Sequence record: ON528745
DNA from: Shigella phage ESH35
Reading direction: 5' to 3' (one strand)
DNA: 64,000 nucleotides
Made by a program: the position numbers and the translations under genes. Shown here in pieces: positions 27,893 through 36,964 of this stretch (positions are counted from its first letter, which is position 1; each line of letters opens with the position of its first letter). The notes beneath the pieces were generated by a model, which was not told where the DNA came from, ran no database searches, and worked only from the letters and a program-made list of their open reading frames with translations.

Positions 27893-27899
27893 GGTTTAA

Positions 27900-28640
27900 A
27901 TGATTAGTGACTCTATGACAGTTGAAGAAATCCGTCTTCATTTGGGGCTTGCATTAAAAGAAAAAGATTTCGTAGTTGATAAAACTGGTGTTAAAACTAT
28001 TGAAATTATTGGCGCATCATTTGTAGCAGATGAACCGTTTATTTTTGGCGCTCTTAATGATGAATACATTCAGCGTGAACTTGAATGGTATAAATCTAAG
28101 AGCTTGTTTGTTAAAGATATTCCAGGTGAAACACCAAAGATTTGGCAGCAGGTAGCATCTTCTAAAGGCGAAATTAACTCGAATTATGGTTGGGCTATCT
28201 GGTCAGAAGATAACTATGCCCAGTATGATATGTGTTTAGCTGAACTTGGTCAAAATCCTGATTCTCGACGTGGTATCATGATTTATACTCGTCCATCCAT
28301 GCAATTTGACTACAATAAAGATGGTATGTCAGATTTCATGTGTACGAATACAGTACAGTACCTGATTCGTGATAAGAAAGTCAATGCAGTAGTAAGCATG
28401 CGTTCAAATGACGTGGTCTTCGGATTCCGTAATGATTATGCATGGCAAAAATACGTATTAGATAAATTAGTATCTGATTTGAATGCAGGTGATTCAACTC
28501 GTCAGTATAAAGCAGGTTCCATTATATGGAATGTCGGGAGCCTTCATGTGTATTCCCGTCATTTTTATTTGGTTGACCATTGGTGGAAAACTGGTGAAAC
28601 ACATATTGCGAAAAAAGATTATAACGGTGAGTGGAAATGA
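27900..28640 (+). CDS. 42: dCMP hydroxymethylase gp42
   Basis: 246 aa (T4 gp42 length), thymidylate-synthase-like, conserved position. Confidence 0.9.
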   Translation: MISDSMTVEEIRLHLGLALKEKDFVVDKTGVKTIEIIGASFVADEPFIFGALNDEYIQRELEWYKSKSLFVKDIPGETPKIWQQVASSKGEINSNYGWAIWSEDNYAQYDMCLAELGQNPDSRRGIMIYTRPSMQFDYNKDGMSDFMCTNTVQYLIRDKKVNAVVSMRSNDVVFGFRNDYAWQKYVLDKLVSDLNAGDSTRQYKAGSIIWNVGSLHVYSRHFYLVDHWWKTGETHIAKKDYNGEWK

Positions 28641-29479
28641 TTCAATTCGTAATTCCAAGCTATCAACGCGTAGGGGCAGTTTCTGCCCTTGATATGTTTC
28701 CATCTGATTATGAACCGCATATTGTAGTACGTGAACACGAAGAAAAAGCTTATTATGACGCTTACGGGTCTAGAGCTAAAATTATAACTATTCCTGATGA
28801 TGTTAACGGAATTGCTGGTACTCGTAAAGCAATTACTGATATGTATGCAGGTCAACGAATTTGGATGATTGATGATGATACTACTATTTGTATGAGTTCA
28901 ATGCGAAAGAAAGATGATCGTCGCTGTGTAGATAAAATTAATCAATTAACTCGTGAACAGTTCTATGAATTGATTCAATACGTTAAAGATGCCATGGATT
29001 GCGGTTATTATCATGGCCATGCTCGTCTACCTATTTTTAAAATTACTTCATCTTGGGGTAATTATCGTGAAAATTCATATGGATTCACGAATACTTGGTA
29101 TGACCTTGGAAAACTTACAACAGAACAAATTGGGTATGGAAAAATTGATTTATGCGAAGATATGTATGCATTTCTCAATTTAATTAATCAAGGTTATCCG
29201 CATTTGGCCTTGTTCAAATATCTGGTTGTATCTGGAAAAGCACAGGCTCCGGGCGGGTGCAGTTCAATTCGTAGTAATTCAAAACATAATAGAGCTCTTG
29301 AGCAAATCAATAGAGAGTTTCCAGAGCAAGCTCGTTGGAAAACTTCTAATATTGAAAAACGAAAATCGTTGGGTGAAGAAGACGAGCCATTAAAGGTTCT
29401 TCGCATGTGTGTTTCGCGCAAAGAAAAATCAGAAGCATTTCATAAGTTTAATGCTATTCATCCAATAGCAGTTGATTAA
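28631..29479 (+). CDS. GT-A-type glycosyltransferase (DxD motif) in the locus where T4 has beta-gt
   Basis: 282 aa; RIWMIDDDTT DxD motif; no similarity to remembered T4 beta-gt. Confidence 0.6.
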   Translation: MEMIQFVIPSYQRVGAVSALDMFPSDYEPHIVVREHEEKAYYDAYGSRAKIITIPDDVNGIAGTRKAITDMYAGQRIWMIDDDTTICMSSMRKKDDRRCVDKINQLTREQFYELIQYVKDAMDCGYYHGHARLPIFKITSSWGNYRENSYGFTNTWYDLGKLTTEQIGYGKIDLCEDMYAFLNLINQGYPHLALFKYLVVSGKAQAPGGCSSIRSNSKHNRALEQINREFPEQARWKTSNIEKRKSLGEEDEPLKVLRMCVSRKEKSEAFHKFNAIHPIAVD

Positions 29480-29556
29480 TGCCTAAATTTATTGTGTTAT
29501 AATTACTCTATCTTTAACCAGTGAGGAAAATATAATGATGCCTATGGAAAAAATGA

Positions 29557-30738
29557 ATGTCTATTGCAGATTTAAAATCCCGTTTGATTAAAGCTTCCAC
29601 TTCTAAAATGACTGCTGAACTGACTACATCTAAATTCTTTAATGAAAAGGATGTAATCCGTACAAAAATCCCAATGCTTAATATTGCTATTTCTGGTGCG
29701 ATTGATGGCGGCATGCAGTCTGGTTTAACTATTTTCGCAGGGCCTTCTAAACACTTTAAATCAAATATGTCTTTGACTATGGTTGCGGCATATTTGAACA
29801 AATATCCTGACGCGGTTTGTCTATTCTATGATAGTGAATTTGGTATTACTCCAGCTTATTTGCGATCTATGGGAGTTGACCCGGAACGAGTAATTCATAC
29901 GCCGATTCAGTCAGTTGAACAGCTGAAAATTGATATGGTGAACCAGCTTGAAGCTATTGAGCGTGGTGAAAAGGTTATTGTATTCATCGACTCAATTGGT
30001 AATATGGCTTCTAAGAAAGAAACGGAAGATGCCTTGAATGAAAAATCTGTGGCAGATATGACTCGTGCTAAATCACTGAAGTCATTATTCCGTATTGTTA
30101 CTCCTTATTTTAGTATTAAAAATATTCCATGTGTTGCAGTTAACCATACAATTGAAACAATTGAAATGTTTAGTAAAACCGTGATGACAGGTGGTACAGG
30201 CGTAATGTATTCGGCTGATACTGTATTCATTATCGGTAAGCGTCAGATTAAAGATGGTTCTGATCTTCAGGGGTATCAATTTGTTCTAAATGTAGAAAAA
30301 TCTCGTACCGTTAAAGAAAAAAGTAAATTCTTTATTGATGTTAAATTTGACGGTGGTATCGATCCTTATTCTGGATTGTTAGATATGGCTCTAGAATTAG
30401 GATTTGTAGTAAAACCTAAAAATGGCTGGTATGCTCGTGAATTTCTTGACGAAGAAACCGGCGAGATGATTCGCGAAGAAAAATCTTGGCGTGCAAAAGA
30501 TACTAACTGCACTACATTCTGGGGTCCTTTATTTAAGCATCAACCATTCCGAGATGCTATTAAACGTGCTTATCAGTTAGGTGCTATTGATAGTAATGAA
30601 ATTGTTGAAGCTGAAGTTGATGAATTGATTAACTCAAAGGTTGAAAAATTTAAATCTCCAGAAAGTAAAAGTAAATCAGCTGCTGATTTAGAAACTGACC
30701 TCGAGCAGTTAAGTGATATGGAAGAATTTAATGAATAA
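29557..30738 (+). CDS. uvsX: recombinase UvsX (RecA-like)
   Basis: 393 aa; MSIADLKSRLIKASTSK... recognised; Walker A GPSKHFKS. Confidence 0.95.
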   Translation: MSIADLKSRLIKASTSKMTAELTTSKFFNEKDVIRTKIPMLNIAISGAIDGGMQSGLTIFAGPSKHFKSNMSLTMVAAYLNKYPDAVCLFYDSEFGITPAYLRSMGVDPERVIHTPIQSVEQLKIDMVNQLEAIERGEKVIVFIDSIGNMASKKETEDALNEKSVADMTRAKSLKSLFRIVTPYFSIKNIPCVAVNHTIETIEMFSKTVMTGGTGVMYSADTVFIIGKRQIKDGSDLQGYQFVLNVEKSRTVKEKSKFFIDVKFDGGIDPYSGLLDMALELGFVVKPKNGWYAREFLDEETGEMIREEKSWRAKDTNCTTFWGPLFKHQPFRDAIKRAYQLGAIDSNEIVEAEVDELINSKVEKFKSPESKSKSAADLETDLEQLSDMEEFNE

Positions 30739-31075
30739 AGATGATTTAGATTTAGATCTAGAAATTATCGATGAATCCCCCTCTTCGGAGGGGGAAGAAG
30801 AAAGAAAAGAACGTCTTTTTAATGAATCTCTTAAGATAATTAAATCCGCTATGGAAAATGTTATCCAGGAGATTGTCATTAAACTAGAAGATGGTTCTAC
30901 ACATATAGTGTATGTAACTAAACTGGATTGGGTTGATGGAAAGGTTGTAATGGACTTTGCTGTTCTTGACCAAGAAAGAAAAGCTGAGTTAGCTCCTCAT
31001 GTAGAAAAATGTATTACAATGCAACTACAAGATGCATTTAATAAAAGGTCAAAGAAAAAGTTTAAATTCTTTTAA
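30731..31075 (+). CDS. 40: gp40 head-vertex assembly chaperone (by position)
   Basis: Track ORF 30713 (GTG) trimmed to ATG overlapping uvsX stop (ATGAATAA); acidic N-terminus. Confidence 0.6.
   Translation: MNKDDLDLDLEIIDESPSSEGEEERKERLFNESLKIIKSAMENVIQEIVIKLEDGSTHIVYVTKLDWVDGKVVMDFAVLDQERKAELAPHVEKCITMQLQDAFNKRSKKKFKFF
30777..30794 (+). other. stable hairpin inside the 5' end of gene 40
   Basis: CCCCCTC-TTCG-GAGGGGG (7-bp G/C stem, UUCG loop) encoding ..SPSSEGE..; no U-run after it. Confidence 0.4.
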
Positions 31076-31084
31076 GGAGTAAGT

Positions 31085-32512
31085 GTGGTAGAAATTATTC
31101 TTTCTCATCTTATATTTGATCAAGCTTATTTTTCAAAAGTTTGGCCATATATGGATTCAGAATATTTTGAAAGTGGTCCAGCTAAAAATACATTCAAATT
31201 AATTAAATCTCATGTTAATGAGTACCATAGCGTTCCATCTATTAATGCGTTAAATGTTGCATTAGAAAATAGTTCATTTACTGAAACAGAATATTCTGGT
31301 GTAAAAACACTTATTTCAAAACTGGCTGATTCTCCGGAAGACCACAGCTGGTTAGTAAAAGAAACAGAAAAATATGTTCAGCAAAGGGCGATGTTTAACG
31401 CCACATCTAAAATAATTGAAATTCAAACTAATGCTGAGCTTCCTCCGGAAAAACGAAATAAGAAAATGCCGGATGTTGGTGCTATTCCTGACATCATGCG
31501 CCAAGCATTATCAATTTCATTTGATAGTTACGTTGGTCATGATTGGATGGATGACTACGAAGCACGTTGGCTATCTTATATGAATAAAGCTCGTAAGGTT
31601 CCATTTAAACTCAGAATTCTAAACAAAATTACGAAAGGCGGAGCTGAAACTGGAACGCTGAACGTTTTAATGGCTGGCGTTAACGTTGGTAAGTCATTAG
31701 GATTGTGTTCATTGGCAGCAGATTATTTACAGCTCGGACATAATGTTCTTTACATTTCCATGGAAATGGCAGAAGAAGTCTGCGCTAAACGTATTGATGC
31801 TAATATGCTTGATGTTTCTCTTGATGACATTGATGATGGGCATATTTCTTACGCTGAGTATAAAGGAAAAATGGAAAAATGGCGTGAGAAATCTACTCTC
31901 GGTCGTTTAATCGTTAAACAGTATCCTACTGGTGGAGCAGATGCTAATACATTTCGATCGCTTTTAAACGAATTAAAGCTCAAGAAGAATTTTGTTCCAA
32001 CAATCATTATTGTCGACTATCTGGGTATTTGTAAATCTTGCCGCATTAGAGTTTACTCAGAAAATAGTTACACAACTGTTAAAGCCATTGCAGAGGAATT
32101 ACGTGCTCTTGCTGTTGAAACCGAAACTGTTCTTTGGACTGCAGCACAGGTTGGTAAACAAGCTTGGGATTCTTCTGATGTTAACATGAGCGATATTGCA
32201 GAATCTGCCGGTCTTCCAGCAACAGCTGATTTTATGCTTGCGGTCATTGAAACCGAGGAGTTAGCAGCTGCTGAACAACAACTTATTAAGCAAATCAAAT
32301 CACGATATGGTGATAAGAATAAATGGAATAAGTTTTTGATGGGTGTTCAAAAAGGAAATCAGAAATGGGTAGAAATTGAACAAGATTCTACTCCAACCGA
32401 AGTGAGTGAAGTAGCAGGTTCACAACAGATTCAGGCTGAACAGAATCGCTATCAAAGAAACGAATCAGCTCGAGCTCAGTTAGATGCTTTGGCAAATGAA
32501 TTAAAATTTTAG
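31085..32512 (+). CDS. 41: replicative DNA helicase gp41 (DnaB family)
   Basis: 475 aa; Walker A GVNVGKS; GTG start. Confidence 0.95.
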   Translation: MVEIILSHLIFDQAYFSKVWPYMDSEYFESGPAKNTFKLIKSHVNEYHSVPSINALNVALENSSFTETEYSGVKTLISKLADSPEDHSWLVKETEKYVQQRAMFNATSKIIEIQTNAELPPEKRNKKMPDVGAIPDIMRQALSISFDSYVGHDWMDDYEARWLSYMNKARKVPFKLRILNKITKGGAETGTLNVLMAGVNVGKSLGLCSLAADYLQLGHNVLYISMEMAEEVCAKRIDANMLDVSLDDIDDGHISYAEYKGKMEKWREKSTLGRLIVKQYPTGGADANTFRSLLNELKLKKNFVPTIIIVDYLGICKSCRIRVYSENSYTTVKAIAEELRALAVETETVLWTAAQVGKQAWDSSDVNMSDIAESAGLPATADFMLAVIETEELAAAEQQLIKQIKSRYGDKNKWNKFLMGVQKGNQKWVEIEQDSTPTEVSEVAGSQQIQAEQNRYQRNESARAQLDALANELKF

Positions 32513-32545
32513 TTTACAAGCTGACAAGACTATGGTATAGTAGTC
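32512..32545 (+). promoter_or_regulatory. early promoter upstream of dmd with 9-bp inverted repeat across the -10
   Basis: GTTTACAAGCTGA CAAGACTAT GGT ATAGTCTTG. Confidence 0.5.
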
Positions 32546-32570
32546 TTGTTGGTTAAATGAGGAGATTGTT

Positions 32571-32747
32571 ATGGAATTGGTAAAGGTAGTTTTTATGGGG
32601 TGGTTTAAGAATGAAAGCATGTTTACTAAAGAAATCACAATGATGAAAGATGACGTTCAATGGGCTACTACTCAATATGCTGAAGTTAATAAAGCATTAG
32701 TTGAAGCTTTCATTGATGACAAGAAAGTATGTGAAGTGGATTGCTGA
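32571..32747 (+). CDS. dmd: Dmd antitoxin (inhibitor of RnlA/LsoA)
   Basis: Not in track (58 aa); MELVKVVFMGWFKNESMFTKEITMMKDDVQWATTQYAEVNKALVEAFIDDKKVCEVDC recognised as T4 Dmd. Confidence 0.8.
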   Translation: MELVKVVFMGWFKNESMFTKEITMMKDDVQWATTQYAEVNKALVEAFIDDKKVCEVDC

Positions 32748-32754
32748 GGATAAT

Positions 32755-33012
32755 ATGCATATTGTTTTATTTAAACCTACTCCGTATAACGTCAGGAAAA
32801 ATACTCAATTCAAAGCACTTATTGCAGATACATGGGAATTGGTGTTAGATATTCCAGCAGAAGAAAGTCCTCCATTTGGTCGAGTGGAATTTATTAAGTT
32901 TGCTGTACGTCCTACGAAGAGGCAGATTCGTCAGTATAAAAGGTATTTTCGTAAAATCGTTAAGCTAGAGAAACAGTTTGTAACATGTGATTACGCAGAA
33001 GTTTTAAAATAG
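32755..33012 (+). CDS. gene 61.4-position protein (possible TifA-like ToxN inhibitor)
   Basis: Track ORF 32701 (TTG) trimmed to ATG after GAGGATAAT; 85 aa; assignment is by synteny and memory only. Confidence 0.5.
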   Translation: MHIVLFKPTPYNVRKNTQFKALIADTWELVLDIPAEESPPFGRVEFIKFAVRPTKRQIRQYKRYFRKIVKLEKQFVTCDYAEVLK

Positions 33013-33072
33013 CTGTTTACTTTTGTTGGAAATTGAGATACTATATAAACATAAACTACTGAGGAGATTATC

Positions 33073-33366
33073 ATGAAAAAATTTATTTTTGCTACAATTT
33101 TTACTTTGGCTTCTTGTGCTGCTCAGCCTGCTATGGCAGGTTATGATAAAGATTTGTGCGAATGGTCTATGACTGCTGATCAGACTGAGGTTGAAACTCA
33201 AATTGAAGCAGATATTATGAATATCGTTGAGCGCGATCGCCCTGAAATGAAAGCTGAAGTGCAAAAACAGCTTAAGTCTGGTGGTGTAATGCAGTATAAT
33301 TATGTTCTATATTGCGATAAAAACTTTAATAATAAAAATATCATCGCTGAAGTGGTAGGTGAATAA
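33073..33366 (+). CDS. sp: Spackle periplasmic protein
   Basis: 97 aa with signal peptide MKKFIFATIFTLASCAAQPAMA; T4 Sp length and position. Confidence 0.75.
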   Translation: MKKFIFATIFTLASCAAQPAMAGYDKDLCEWSMTADQTEVETQIEADIMNIVERDRPEMKAEVQKQLKSGGVMQYNYVLYCDKNFNNKNIIAEVVGE

Positions 33367-33992
33367 TGCTCTATCAAATGCACAAGTGCAAAGATACATA
33401 CAAATATAAAGGTGCCCAGTGTTATATCATTAATCGTGAAAACGCGGGTCCAGGTCATTCGCATCAATCACGGTTTGTATTCGTTAAAAACAATGAAATT
33501 ATAGCAGTTGCTAATTATATGCTTGTGACTAATGATGTTAATCCGGTGCCTTTTACATATTATAATCTAATGGACTTGGCGTACGATTATAATTGGTTTA
33601 ATCATGACACTTTGGCTCATATCGAAGGCGTAGGATTTGACATCTCTTATTCTAGTTACTCGTTGTGTCCTATGAGCAGAGCTCATAAAGAGCCTGAATA
33701 TTTTTCATTTCGTCGGCGTGTAGACTCTAAACGCAGTACAGAGTATGTCGGTGGAATCTTTGTTAAAGATAATCGAATTACTCGCATTATTTATCCTTTG
33801 GGCTGTGGTCAAAAAGATATTGATGTTGATTTAGACTTTACTGAAAACATCATTAATCATATTGCTTCTGTGTATTTTGATATTGATCACAAAATTGTAA
33901 TATGTGGATATGAATTACCATCAGAAAAACAGTCTAAAGTAGATGTTTCTATTGATGACCAAATTTTTAATGCTTTTATGAATAGAGGTTAA
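33366..33992 (+). CDS. gene 61.2-position protein (possible AdfA-like anti-DarT factor)
   Basis: 208 aa; syntenic with T4 61.2; function from memory, unverified. Confidence 0.5.
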   Translation: MLYQMHKCKDTYKYKGAQCYIINRENAGPGHSHQSRFVFVKNNEIIAVANYMLVTNDVNPVPFTYYNLMDLAYDYNWFNHDTLAHIEGVGFDISYSSYSLCPMSRAHKEPEYFSFRRRVDSKRSTEYVGGIFVKDNRITRIIYPLGCGQKDIDVDLDFTENIINHIASVYFDIDHKIVICGYELPSEKQSKVDVSIDDQIFNAFMNRG

Positions 33993-33993
33993 T

Positions 33994-34158
33994 ATGAAAA
34001 CATATAAAGAATTTATTAAAGAAGATATGGTAGCTGGAGATTCAGGTGGTAATCCTGAAAATATCTCTACTGGAACAACGTCAGGTGCTGTAGTAAATAA
34101 AGGTCCTGAACAGATTCCTAAAAAGAAAAAAGAGGAATCTAAAGAAAAAGAAGAGTAA
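33994..34158 (+). CDS. small Lys/Glu-rich protein (61.1 position)
   Basis: Not in track; about 54-aa ORF between 61.2 stop and gene 61 start. Confidence 0.35.
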   Translation: MKTYKEFIKEDMVAGDSGGNPENISTGTTSGAVVNKGPEQIPKKKKEESKEKEE

Positions 34159-34160
34159 AA

Positions 34161-35189
34161 ATGTCATTAATACCTTGGATTGATAATGAGTTTGCATACC
34201 GTGCATTGGCTCATTTACCTAAATTCGCACAAGTAAATAATAGTTCAACTTTTAAATTACGGTTTAGATGTCCCGTTTGTGGAGATTCAAAAACCGATCA
34301 AAATAAAGCCCGTGGATGGTATTATGGCGATAATAATGAAGGAAATATTCATTGTTATAACTGTAACTATCATGCACCAATTGGAATATATTTAAAGGAG
34401 TTTGAACCTGATTTATATCGTGAGTATATCTTTGAAATAAGAAAAGAAAAAGGTAAAAGTCGTCCAGTAGAAAAACCTAAAGAACTTCCTAAACAACCTG
34501 AGAAAAAAATAATTAAATCTCTTCCGTCATGTATTAGATTAGATAAACTGGCGGAAGACCATCCAATTATAAAATATGTAAAAGCTCGTTGTATTCCAAA
34601 GGATAAATGGAAATATCTTTGGTTTACAACCGAATGGCCTAAATTAGTTAATAGTATAGCGCCAGGAACATATAAAAAGGAAATACCTGAGCCTCGTCTT
34701 GTTATTCCAATTTATAATGCTAACGGAAAAGCCGAGTCTTTTCAAGGCCGTGCATTAAAGAAAGATGCTCCTCAAAAATATATCACCATAAAAGCTTATC
34801 CTGAAGCAACAAAAATCTATGGCGTTGAACGAGTTAAAGATGGTGATGTATATGTTCTAGAAGGACCTATAGATTCACTTTTTATTGAAAATGGTATAGC
34901 TATTACGGGTGGTCAATTAGACCTAGAAGTTGTTCCATTTAAAGATAGACGTGTGTGGGTTTTAGATAATGAACCTCGTCATCCTGACACTATTAAACGA
35001 ATGACTAAATTAGTTGATGCAGGAGAAAGGGTTATGTTTTGGGACAAATCTCCCTGGAAATCAAAAGATGTTAATGATATGATTAGAAAGGAAGGTGCAA
35101 CCCCTGAACAAATTATGGAATATATGAAAAATAATATTGCTCAGGGGTTGATGGCTAAAATGCGGTTATCTAAATATGCTAAGATTTAA
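34161..35189 (+). CDS. 61: DNA primase gp61
   Basis: 342 aa; zinc ribbon CPVCGDS...CYNCNYH, TOPRIM core; recognised T4 gp61. Confidence 0.95.
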   Translation: MSLIPWIDNEFAYRALAHLPKFAQVNNSSTFKLRFRCPVCGDSKTDQNKARGWYYGDNNEGNIHCYNCNYHAPIGIYLKEFEPDLYREYIFEIRKEKGKSRPVEKPKELPKQPEKKIIKSLPSCIRLDKLAEDHPIIKYVKARCIPKDKWKYLWFTTEWPKLVNSIAPGTYKKEIPEPRLVIPIYNANGKAESFQGRALKKDAPQKYITIKAYPEATKIYGVERVKDGDVYVLEGPIDSLFIENGIAITGGQLDLEVVPFKDRRVWVLDNEPRHPDTIKRMTKLVDAGERVMFWDKSPWKSKDVNDMIRKEGATPEQIMEYMKNNIAQGLMAKMRLSKYAKI

Positions 35190-35386
35190 ATTAACCCAAC
35201 TAAAGCGAATGCTAAATCTACAAATGTATCAAGAGTAACTACTGGAATATTAATACCATGTGCAATTGCAACAGGTGATAGAATAAAGTTCCAGAGTAAA
35301 ATTCCTACCATAGCAGAAATAGTAAAAGCTATACGTTTTTTATTACCTTTTATGGCATTAACAAGTGCCATTAATTTTTGTACCAT
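35186..35386 (-). CDS. antisense small membrane protein
   Basis: 66-aa ORF on opposite strand with GGAGGA 5 nt upstream of ATG; two hydrophobic segments; stop overlaps gene 61 stop. Confidence 0.4.
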   Translation of the reverse strand: MVQKLMALVNAIKGNKKRIAFTISAMVGILLWNFILSPVAIAHGINIPVVTLDTFVDLAFALVGLI

Positions 35387-35459
35387 ATGTCCTCCTTATT
35401 GCTTTATATATTTATTGTATAATTAATCTACTAACCCATGAATTGAAAGGAAAAATAAC

Positions 35460-35978
35460 ATGCCACATTTCAACGAATGTAGTCAACTGATCGAAGGCGC
35501 TGATAAAGCTCAAAATGAATATTGGGATATTCTCGGTGATGAAAAAGACCCGCTGCAGGTAATGCTTGACATGCAGAAATCTCTGCAGATTCGTTTAGCT
35601 AAAGATAAACCTGAATATAATCGTCATCCTGATGATTTGGCTACTGCCGGTGAAGTTGTTGATTGGCTACGTAATCAGAAAGATTATATTGACGATGAAT
35701 TCCGTGAACTTCTGACATCTCTTGGCGGTATGAGCAATGGCGAAAAAGATGCATCTGCTGTATGGAAGCCTTGGAAAGCTCAACATGGTGAACGCCGTGA
35801 AACTCTGATTACTGATTTGTCTCCACAAGACCAATTGGAAATTAAATTTGAAATGATTGATATTCTCCATTTCGTTCTGAACATGTTCCAAGGTCTTGGT
35901 CTTACAGCTGAAGAAATCTTTAAACTTTATTACCTGAAAAATGCTGAAAATTTCGCACGTCAAGACCGAGGTTATTAA
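35460..35978 (+). CDS. 56: dCTP pyrophosphatase gp56
   Basis: 172 aa; MPHFNEC..IEGADKAQNEYWDILGDEKDPLQVMLDMQ recognised as T4 gp56. Confidence 0.9.
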   Translation: MPHFNECSQLIEGADKAQNEYWDILGDEKDPLQVMLDMQKSLQIRLAKDKPEYNRHPDDLATAGEVVDWLRNQKDYIDDEFRELLTSLGGMSNGEKDASAVWKPWKAQHGERRETLITDLSPQDQLEIKFEMIDILHFVLNMFQGLGLTAEEIFKLYYLKNAENFARQDRGY

Positions 35979-36046
35979 CAGCTCGTCTTAAAAGCCGCGA
36001 GAATTTATTATAAATAATCATGTAATTTAAATAAAAGGAGAATTAC

Positions 36047-36304
36047 ATGGCTAGTACTCGCGGTTATGTTAATATCAAAACATTTGACCAAGCAGTTGAT
36101 GGTGGTACAATTCAGGGTAAAGAAATTTCTGTAGCTTTCCCTCTTTATTCTGATGTTCACAAAATTTCTGGTGCTCATTATCAGACATTCCCTTCTGAAA
36201 AAGCAGCATATTCTACAGTATATGAAGAAAATCAGCGTACTAAATGGATCACTGCTAATGAAGGTCTTTGGACTGTTACACCGACACCAGGTGTCGGTGG
36301 TTAA
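36047..36304 (+). CDS. soc: small outer capsid protein Soc
   Basis: 85 aa; MASTRGYVNIKTF..ISVAFPLYSDVHKISGAHYQTFPSEKAAYSTVYEENQRT recognised as T4 Soc. Confidence 0.9.
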   Translation: MASTRGYVNIKTFDQAVDGGTIQGKEISVAFPLYSDVHKISGAHYQTFPSEKAAYSTVYEENQRTKWITANEGLWTVTPTPGVGG

Positions 36305-36311
36305 ATAATTT

Positions 36312-36338
36312 AAGGAATCCTCCGGGATTCCTTTTTTC
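36312..36338 (+). terminator. intrinsic terminator
   Basis: GGAATCCTCCGGGATTCC + TTTTTTC after soc. Confidence 0.65.
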
Positions 36339-36402
36339 ATTTTATGGTTTACATGTCAAAATGAGTGTGGTATAATAAAAATATCTTATAGAGGAGAACA
36401 CT

Positions 36403-36615
36403 ATGTTAAATCGTTGGATTAAACCAAATGAAGACCTCCAGAAGGTTCTTGATAAAGCTATCGCTGATAAATGGGGTATGAAAAGCTGGGATTGTGATGT
36501 CGTCACGCATTCATTCATGATGCACGCAGATGGTTCAGTCGAGTTCAATGCTGAAATGCGATATACTGACTGGGGTGGATTTCAAAGAGTCGAATTTCAA
36601 AGAGGATTTTTGTGA
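36403..36615 (+). CDS. hypothetical protein
   Basis: 70-aa ORF after promoter GTTTAC..TATAAT and AGAGGAG. Confidence 0.45.
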   Translation: MLNRWIKPNEDLQKVLDKAIADKWGMKSWDCDVVTHSFMMHADGSVEFNAEMRYTDWGGFQRVEFQRGFL

Positions 36616-36956
36616 TGTTTATCTTTAATTGGTTTAAAAGTTTCTTTACGGATTTTTTCTCTACGACTCCTGGGGAAGGTGTAGTTCCTATTTCAAATGA
36701 CTACCTCCCTTTAACTGTAGTTGAATATGTTTATATGGGAGATGGAACAGTAGAAGCAGTTACTATGACTTATGAAGAAGCCCAAGAATATTATAAAAAT
36801 CCTTGGCGCTGGTCAACACCTACTACATCATCTAATACGCAGAATACACAGTCTAGTTCTGATTCATATGACACTAATGTTCCTGTTCATGTATGGACGG
36901 GCGATTCGTGTGGAAGTTCTTGCGATTCTAGTTGTTCATCTACATCATGCGATTGA
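36615..36956 (+). CDS. hypothetical protein with Cys/Ser-rich C-terminal tail
   Basis: 113 aa; tail ...[20 protein letters not shown]. Confidence 0.45.
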   Translation: MFIFNWFKSFFTDFFSTTPGEGVVPISNDYLPLTVVEYVYMGDGTVEAVTMTYEEAQEYYKNPWRWSTPTTSSNTQNTQSSSDSYDTNVPVHVWTGDSCGSSCDSSCSSTSCD

Positions 36957-36964
36957 GGAAAAAT

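Noticed and set aside
29535-29591. Upstream 18-codon ORF (MMPMEKMNVYCRFKIPFD) with strong GAGGAAAA overlapping the uvsX start
   Set aside because: Possibly a leader peptide, but more likely the Shine-Dalgarno serves uvsX with chance upstream ATGs; cannot be distinguished without conservation data.
36047-36304. segF/gene 69 between 56 and soc
   Set aside because: Only a 68-bp gap is present; recorded as absence rather than a feature.
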